This document shows, in pieces, positions 55,885-64,000 of a DNA stretch of 64,000 nt; position 1 is the stretch's first letter, and every line of letters starts with the position of its first letter. Under the pieces are notes generated by a model. That model was not told the origin of the DNA, did no database searches, and saw only the letters and a program-made list of their open reading frames with translations. The stretch is taken from the NCBI GenBank assembly GCA_964016885.1, contig OZ024740.1, positions 299,274,001-299,338,000 on the forward strand, in the 5' to 3' direction. The stretch is from Eledone cirrhosa. Taxonomy: Eukaryota. The translations under genes and the position numbers were made by a program.

Positions 55885-56324
55885 TAAATATACACGGGTG
55901 TGTATGATTGTGTATAGAAGATTATATTAATAAGAGGAATTCCAACTTTGTCTGATTTACTCGTTTTATTTACGATCCTTTAAAATTTATATAATGGTAT
56001 TATAATGAAATAGTATGATAGAATATTAAATTCTAAGTGTTAATTGAACAAGTACTTTCATGCTTTCGCAATCTTCAGGTTCATAATGTGTGGTGACAGT
56101 CACGTTTGCAATTTTCAACTGTGTAATTGTTGAAAATTGAAAACTTGACTGTCACCACATATTATGAACCTGAAGATTGCGAAAGCATGAAAGTACTTGT
56201 TCAATTAACACTTAGAATTTAATATTCTATCATACTATTTCATTATCATTATAATACCATTATAAATTTTAAAGGATTGTAAATAAAACGAGTAAATCAG
56301 ACAAAGTTGGAATTCCTCTTATTA

Positions 56325-56328
<4 letters not shown>
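55882..56328. mobile_element. About 195-bp-arm fold-back with two opposed minimal HHRs
   Basis: TGAAC-CTGAAGA-TTGC(GAAA)GCAT-GAAA-GTAC-TT-GTTCA at 56165-56203 (+) and 56045-56083 (-). Confidence 0.9.
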
Positions 56329-56364
<36 letters not shown>

Positions 56365-56368
<4 letters not shown>

Positions 56369-56544
56369 AACGAGTAGGACCCCGACGGCTGAGCTCAAGC
56401 CGTTTCGACGGCTAATTCTGGACGCAGAATTAGCCGTCGAAACGGTTGAGCTCAGCCGTCGGGGTCCTACTCGTTCCTATTACCCACTTTACTACTCTAA
56501 GTATTGAGTTCTATGGTGCGTTGTGGTCCATCTGGTTCCTTCGA
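56365..56544 (+). mobile_element. Family E short fold-back element
   Basis: Homologous to 46199-46393. Confidence 0.85.
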
Positions 56545-56599
56545 TATATATATATATATATATTTATTAAAATAACAGATTATAGTTTAAGCAAAGAAT

Positions 56600-56895
56600 C
56601 GCTGAGAGGTTATATTTAATTTGTTGGGTTACAACAAGCAACATATTTTTATAACTGATATAAAGCACTCAACAAATTATTGGAGAAAATAAGAAAATAT
56701 ACAATATATTAACAAATGGAAACTATATTTATAAAACCATATTTATTTCATTTTACATATTTCAAGGGCCACCAGAGCTAACTTTGGTGCGCTTTCATCA
56801 GATAAAATAAATATAGGTTAGTTTTATAAATAAATATTGACATACCCTTAAAAAATGCAACCATTTTCGTTGGAATCTCCTGGAGATTCCAAACA

Positions 56896-56897
<2 letters not shown>
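56600..56897 (-). mobile_element. PLE family C-like fragment, HHR 56744-56809 (cleavage triplet mutated)
   Basis: TATTTTAT-CTGATGA-AAGCGCACCA...TGGTGGCCCTT-GAAA-TATGTA-AA-ATGAAATA. Confidence 0.75.
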
Positions 56898-56928
<31 letters not shown>

Positions 56929-56934
<6 letters not shown>

Positions 56935-57698
56935 TTAGTTAAGCAAAACAAGACCACAAATTTCACAAGGAAGACATTATTAAAAGATTGTTAGCATATT
57001 TAGTTTGATGCTAGGAATGTAGAGAATAATAATAATAATAATATTAATAATAATAATGCCTGTTTACAATTGTTTCGCTACTCCGTATAATATTTCTGGA
57101 TTAGATGACTATGTATCATAATTGATCTGGTTCAGTTGAAAATAATTAACATATTTAAAAAAACAGAGTGGCTCATCGGAACTCAAAGGAATATAAATTA
57201 AAATAATGTTACATAATATAATGTTCCATATATTAGTTTTTACTATGGTGCCTTTTTTTTCATCAGCTGTCAGCCATAATCAAGCAGTACTCATCTGTCG
57301 AGGCTGCATTGTGTGAGATCTGCCTATGGGTAACAAGATGGCTGCCAAAGGGCATATTTACCTTACTAATTAGAGGGCAATTGTAAACGGGCATTGTTAT
57401 TATTAATATTATTATTATTCTTATTCTCTACATTCCTTGCATCAAACTAAATATGCTGACAATCTTTTAATAATCTCTTCATTGTTAAATTTGTGGTCTT
57501 GTTTTGCTTAACTAACGAATATTTCCAGCTCTGCGCACCTAACCTCTGCATGAACCCAGCCACCTAGCTGCTTTCTACTGCATATTGCACGTTGAGCACA
57601 TGCCTTTACGCTTTGGCTTCTAACTAACTCACCAATCTTTCCTCTCATATCTCCTCTACTATCTCAATCTCTCTTTTTAAGATTGGTTACTCTTGAAC

Positions 57699-57700
<2 letters not shown>
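56929..57700. mobile_element. Fold-back PLE fragment with extended-loop-II HHR 57062-57182 (-)
   Basis: Arms 56929-57072 and 57378-57522; GTT-CCGATGA-GCCACTCTG...CGGAGTAGC-GAAA-CAATTG-TA-AAC; tail hairpin at 57528-57597. Confidence 0.8.
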
Positions 57701-57744
<44 letters not shown>

Positions 57745-57750
<6 letters not shown>

Positions 57751-58080
57751 AGAAAAAGAGAATCAGTGTTGCGACGAAAGGAATTTATTTGACATATTAC
57801 AAACGTTTCTCGGGCGATCAGCTCGAGGCACGATCGGAAAATGTGCTTCGTAGAATCGAGACATATCTGACGACCGTGTTGATTTCAGAGTCAGGTATGA
57901 TCTCCACATCGATCGTGCCTCGAGCTGATCGCCCGAGAAACATTTGTAATATATCAAATAAATTCCTTTCGTCGCAACACTGATTCTCTTTTTTCTGTGA
58001 TATACTCTGTTCTACGAGGGCATTGAGGAGTGCTTATGCGGCCCACCGCATACGGACGCTTTAAGCATTCACCAACAATT
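57745..58080. mobile_element. Fold-back PLE fragment with extended-stem-II HHR 57860-57955 (+)
   Basis: Arms 57745-57836 and 57910-58002; GACATAT-CTGACGA...GAAA-CATTTG-TA-ATAT(A/G)TC. Confidence 0.8.
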
Positions 58081-58092
58081 ATATATATATAT

Positions 58093-58172
<80 letters not shown>

Positions 58173-59969
58173 CATACGAAGAGTTCTTTATTTAAAAAAA
58201 AATAATATACACACACTTATATATGAGTATGTATATTTGGTTGTTTGTTTACACGCTCGTGTGTGTATGTAATATGATATATATATATATATGTAGACGA
58301 AAGCATAGAGAGAAAGAAAAAGATGAGATGGAGAGCAAGGCGCCAGTATGAAAGGGCAATATAAAAATATAGAAAAACTATAACGAAAATATATAAAAAT
58401 GATAACAATGCATGCATACATACATATATACACAATGTATACATACATACACACACAATACATACATACACACATGCATGCATACATACATTCATACATA
58501 CACATACGCCTACATACATGCATAGCTACACACATGCATACACACATACATACATACATACTACGTACATCAAACACACACGCATACATACATGCATAGA
58601 TACACACATTCATGCACACATACATACTACATACATCATGCATAATTACATACATACACACATGCATACATACACGTGCATAGATAGACACATGCATACA
58701 TACATACTACATACATCATGGATACTTACATAAATACATACACATGCATACATACATGCATACACATGCATATATATATACATGCATATATATATACACA
58801 CATAGATGCATACTACATATCTCATGCATAGATACATACTCACATGCATACATACACATGTAGAGATACACACATGTATACATACACACATATATATACA
58901 TACAAACACACATATATACGTACACACACATACATACATGCATGCATACACGCAATCATATGTAAAGTGAGAGAAGAGAAAAAAGAAAGAGAAAAGGAGG
59001 GAAGAGGTTATAGACAAAGAAAGGCGATAAAAATGCAAGGCGATGGGGAAGTAAAATATTAGAAGAGAGCAAATATATGATATTAAATATGATCGAGCAA
59101 CAAAGCTGGCGGAACGTTACTTGAAACAAGAAATAAATATAATAAAACGAAAAAAAAGTTTTGCTACATTGCAGTTTACAGCAAATGCATGATATCCAGT
59201 GTTTGGAATGAGATCTATAACCATAGTATGCATACATAATATGTATAATATGCATAATACGCAAAGATGGCGGAAGTTGGACGGTCATCGTTATAACAAT
59301 TCTCACTGCGAAGGAATTCAGAATATTTTTTGATATTTTCAAAGAAAGAAGCCAAGCGTACATAAATATATTTTTTCATTTGATTTTTAATTTTTTTTTA
59401 ATTTGCTATTCTTTAAATATAAAAAGACCAAAATGATTCTCTTCCCACGATATACATTATGTGTTGAGCGCTTAATGTCGTTGTTGAAATCAACAATGGC
59501 ATTAAAAAGCTTGTTGTTTCACAGGTGAGTTCTCTACCAGTTAACGTATGATTAAAAGCATTCCAGTTCTGGCCACCAAGGCATTATTTCAGATGTAGAA
59601 TACAATGTAGTAGATTATCCAATATGTGTCTCCGTATTAGATTTATAGGGTAGATTGAGGGAAATTTAAATGATATTTCTAGCTCATTGAATGACCGCTT
59701 GGTGTGTTGTTACTGTACTAGTATTGGTGTTGTTGATGTATATTCACAGCTCAGGTGCCATATTCAGAAAAAACTATGATTGAAAGATGCTCCGACGATT
59801 GCCATCCTGTTGTTTTTTATTGCATAATATACAAGAACGTTAAGGAGACGAGATGGGCTCTGCCATGTTCAACAAAATGTACTAGAAACGCCGTATGTCC
59901 GTAAGGTGCCCCTACAATTCCCTAGGGCGTTACGGGTCCATACATACATACATGAGCGTATATTCTTCA

Positions 59970-60180
59970 ATATTGGCAGAATCATTAGAGCGTCGGACAA
60001 TATGCTTTGCGGCATAGTGTTACGGCCCTTTACGTTCTGGGCCCAAATTCAGCCGAAGTTAGCTTTGCCTTTCATCCTTACGGGGTCGATAAAATAAAGT
60101 ACCAGTAATGCACTGGGGTTGATTTAATTGACTTTTCCCTCCTCCAAACTTGTTGGCATTATACCTAAAATCAGAAATAT
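59970..60180 (+). mobile_element. tRNA-SINE variant with longer tail
   Basis: TTGGCAGAATC box A; GCCTTTCATCCTTACGGGGTCGATAAAATAAAGTACCAG core. Confidence 0.85.
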
Positions 60181-60374
60181 TTTAAAAACAGTAAAAAGTG
60201 ATTTGAGGGAAAATAAAATGCGATTTCTAAAAGAATGTGGGAAGTATATACCGACACATACGCGCGCGCACACAGACACACACACACCCACACACAAACA
60301 CACAAACACACTCACGCACACATGCAGACACGCACACACATGCACACACACATACATGTATATATATACATGTA

Positions 60375-60406
<32 letters not shown>

Positions 60407-60409
<3 letters not shown>

Positions 60410-61855
60410 TTTCTGAATTTGTTTAGCAAGATTCTTTATCTGAAAACGTGCGTTGAAACCGATATTGTTATGCTTTGGGAGGTTCATGTTGCCAATAAGA
60501 AACACACGCACCAGTTGCTTTCACTTCAATTTATTATAAATTAAATTTATAAATTTAGGAATTTATAAATTTCCGGTTGGTTGGTTGGTTCCACCGAAAC
60601 TCAGCTGTTTCGGACCATAGCAAAATCAACATACAGATTGCGGCTTTGGTACGGGTGATAAGAAACGTGTCCCGCATGTGAAACCCCAAAGAACTAGAGT
60701 GACACACACAACACTTCATCCACCATATGCAGTTCTCTGGTTACAATCAGAGAGATAAAATCAGAGTATATAGAGGAGCCAGAACCAAATGGGAAAAAAA
60801 TGGTAAATAATGATACAAATGGGACCTGCCCCTTGTATAGGAGCACATTTTGGAATAGAATAGAAAGAACTAAGAATAAGATTAATAGAATAAACTCATG
60901 GTATGGTAGCAATGAATACCAGAGTGTAATGTTCATCGATACACCCCCTAGAGGTGAATTAGCTTACAAATTTAGGTTGGGCCCTAGATAAACATAAACT
61001 CAATATTAGGATAGTAGAAAGACCAGGTACCTCCATAAAAACACTTATTAGCAATACATACCCTTTTCAAAGACCTCCCTGTATAGATAAGAAATGTATA
61101 ATCTGTAAACTAAGCCCCCATATTAACTGTAAAACTAGAAATGTAGTATATAGCATAAAATGTACTGAAGGACAATGTAGAGATAAGAATATCGTGTACA
61201 TAGGTGAGACAGCTCGTAGTATAGGAGAACGGATAAATGAACACTGGCGAGAGCTTCAAGATAGTAAAGAATCATCTGTACTCCACCAACATGCTAAAAT
61301 AGAACATAAGGGTAAATTAGAGAACATAGAAATAAAAATAGAATCTACACACAGAAAAGACGCAATGTTTAGACAAATCACAGAGGCAATAAACATAAAT
61401 GAACTCCAACCAAAATTAAATAGAAAACATGAATGGAATAGCAACATCACAACTTACAATTAAGGACAAAATGAAAACACATACACACATAGAACAAACA
61501 ACCAACCACTAACATGTAAATAAACAAATAAACAAATATAAACACACACAGACACCCGGATGTAACACATGCGCAAACTAAGCACACAACACACACAAAA
61601 ACAAGATGGCGTAGGACAGAACAAAGGAGAGGCACAAAAACAAAGAAAATAATCCCCAGTCACTGAAGAGGTCACAGAATGTGTGACGAAAGAACTTTGA
61701 CAATATATGAACAATCGTCTGGTTGTGGAACCAACCAACAAACCGGAAATTTATAAATTCCTAAATTTATAAATTTAATTTATAATAAATTGAAGTGAAA
61801 CACCTGGTGCGTGTGTTTCTTATTGGCAACATCACCCTCCCAAAGTATAATAATA
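60407..61855 (+). mobile_element. PLE family A, 5'-truncated: RT thumb/linker + GIY-YIG + HHR, with inverted tailed pLTR piece
   Basis: MQFSGY...GTCPLYRSTFWNRIER...WY...SVMFID...IVERPG...CIIC...NVVYSIKC...YIGETARSIGERINEH (60700-61463, frameshifted). The linker resembles Naiad-type PLEs as recalled, not by search. 60407-60592 is an inverted copy of the 3' end. Confidence 0.9.
61659..61701 (+). ncRNA. Minimal type I hammerhead ribozyme (family A)
   Basis: GTCA-CTGAAGA-G-GTCACA(GAATG)TGTGAC-GAAA-GAAC-TT-TGAC. Confidence 0.8.
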
Positions 61856-61860
61856 TATAT

Positions 61861-61984
61861 ATAACAAAGGAATTGTGGTAAGGAACCAGATGGACCATAA
61901 CGCACCAGAGTACTCAATACTTAGGGTAGTATAGTGGGAAATAGGAAAATGTATGACCCCGACTGCACAGCTCAAGCCGTTTCA
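61861..61984 (-). mobile_element. Family E partial element
   Basis: Tail plus one arm homologous to 50682-50800. Confidence 0.75.
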
Positions 61985-61991
61985 TATATAT

Positions 61992-63038
61992 ATGAAAACA
62001 GGGAGAAAGAGACGATTATTAGAAGAACATTTTTTTTTTCCTTTTTTGTTTCTCTCTCTCTTTTTTCTGGGTTAGAAAATCATTAAAACGAAATGTTTTA
62101 CTTTGTGTGAAGTGTTAAGGTATTAGTTGATTTATTTATTATTTAACAATGGCATTTATTTATCTATTTATATTTTTAATTATTACCGGTTTCAGTATTT
62201 TTATGCATTATCAAATGATAGTGAAATGTATTAGTGTGGTGTCACACATGATAAACAGAAGGTGCAGAACGAATAATGTTATTTACAAACAAGGTTTATG
62301 AAGTGAAAAGAAAAAAGAAAAAGTAAAAAAAACCTGCATAACGTAGAGCATAAAATGCTGAGAAAAAATAATGTTATTTACAAGCAGAGTCATTGAAGTT
62401 AAACAGATGAAAATGTGTTAATATAGCAAGAGTGCTTAGATGATCCATGATTCCATGATGGAGGCAAATGGTCGACTGAGGTTTGATATGATTTCCCTTT
62501 TTAGAGAGTTAATATGCAGGAGGAAGCAATTCGTGCTGGATGATATTTAATTTATTAAAGAAAAAGGATTAGGTAGGGTGTGAGGGAGGTAACTCTTGTA
62601 AATATTTTATTGTTTGTTGCAATTTTAAATTGGTCCGATTTTTAGAGCATTAAGTAGGGGTTGGAATTTATTAATGAAATATGTTTCCTTATTGGTACGT
62701 TGGATGAAAGTAGCGTAGTCTATGAATTTGTAAATGGGGAAAATTTTAAAGTTTGGATGTTGGTTATGAGCACAATTGGCGATATGTTCACTAAATGCAA
62801 TCTTTCTGTATTCCTGTATTTTAATTTGTGATTTATGGACGGTCATACGTTGACGGAGGATGGTTTTGTCTGTCCTATGTAGTGCTCTTGAGCAGGTCAA
62901 AACATAGATAAGGTTTAACACTTCACAAAAAGTAAAACATTTCGTTTTAATCATTTTCTAACCCAGAAAAGAGAGAGAGAAAAAAAAAACAAAAAAAAAA
63001 AACATTTTTCTTCCTAATAATCGTCTCTTTCTCCCTGT

Positions 63039-63092
<54 letters not shown>

Positions 63093-63119
63093 TAACTCGT
63101 GTGCTTCCTCTCCACATTT

Positions 63120-63122
<3 letters not shown>
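61992..63122 (-). mobile_element. PLE fragment with GIY-YIG (62625-62915), decayed HHR (62179-62219) and inverted terminus
   Basis: NLIYVLTCS...LRQRMTVHKSQI...SEHIANC...KETYFINKFQPLLN; arms 61992-62118 and 62914-63044; GAAACCGGTA motif. Confidence 0.85.
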
Positions 63123-63163
<41 letters not shown>

Positions 63164-63529
63164 CGTAAAAAGGGTATATCAAAATGTACAGATCAACCTT
63201 TATAACTATAAAACATCTGGACAAACTCTAAGAAGAGAATGTTTCGCCATAAAAAGTGTCGATACCATAGCGCTCAGGGCTTCTTACCAGGTGTATAGAC
63301 AGTATTGTCGACTCTTCTAAAGAAACTTCAGACAACTGAAATATCGCACATGGTGAGAAAAGATACTAGGCAGTACATAGTGGCTTGAATGGATAAAACA
63401 AACAACTAGAAATACCAGCCCATAACCATTCAACTTAAGAAGCTCAACTAACATAAAGAAATTTGTTAGGAGCCAAAATATCAAATGAAAAAACAGAGTT
63501 AAAAACTCGCGTTAATTCCCTGTATTTTA

Positions 63530-63762
63530 ATGAGCTCAAGGTTTAAGTACTCAAAGTTCTTCATAAAACAGTATATAGAGAAGAAAACACGAAAGGGTGT
63601 TTTCAATTACTAGGGATGGAGAACCACTAGAGTGAACAGTACATTTAATGAATATGTATTTTTTACTCCTTTCTTAGACTTTATGCTTTTCACTCTAGTG
63701 GTTCTCTTCCCCTCGTAATTGAAAACATACCCTTTTGTGCTTTCTTCTCTATATACTGTTAT
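63530..63762. repeat. Decayed fold-back element with one-sided AAGTACTCAA tail motif
   Basis: Arms 63567-63636 and 63689-63760. Confidence 0.7.
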
Positions 63763-64000
63763 ATATAAATATGAGAATACACAATTAGATACATAAACAC
63801 ACATATGTGTATGTGTGAGTGTGTGTGTGCATTTGCGCATCTATTAGCGTATCTTTAATGATGACATGTAGCGATTTTGTATGGAAGCAAAGGTGGAGGG
63901 TGAGATAATGTTTTTCTAGCTCTTCACTAACCAACATTGTATTTATAAGTCCGTGGTGCCATGAATAAGGTGGGATAACGTCATTATATCTCATATGATA

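Noticed and set aside
61463-61855. Possible SECIS element (many Naiad PLEs encode selenoproteins)
   Set aside because: No AUGA...AA...GA kink-turn hairpin could be folded by eye, and the RT core where Sec-UGA codons would lie is absent. SECISearch3 on full-length copies would settle it.

Overview
AT-rich, microsatellite-saturated eukaryotic DNA, probably intronic or intergenic. The repeat repertoire suggests a cephalopod (octopus-like) genome; this is inference. No intact host gene is recognisable, and most of the supplied ORFs are translations of (TA)n, (CA)n, (TATG)n or (CAT)n tracts. The window is dominated by retroelement debris: many unrelated Penelope-like element (PLE) 3' fragments inserted into (TA)n, about 13 tRNA-derived Meta-domain SINEs, RTE-derived bipartite elements in (TATG)n, a young 5'-truncated Tx1/L1 LINE with an 11-bp TSD, older LINE relics and a few MITEs. 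The main hidden signal is RNA structure. About 20 type-I hammerhead ribozyme (HHR) motifs can be read by eye. They include minimal palindromic-stem-III forms, a recurrent CCGANGA core variant, and forms with 50-100 nt structured insertions in stem II. They usually sit in asymmetric fold-back elements. The longer arm of these elements carries a covarying RCTC...YY-GAGY bulged hairpin that is shared across otherwise unrelated families. All alignments and folds were done by eye, and coordinates may be off by a few bases.
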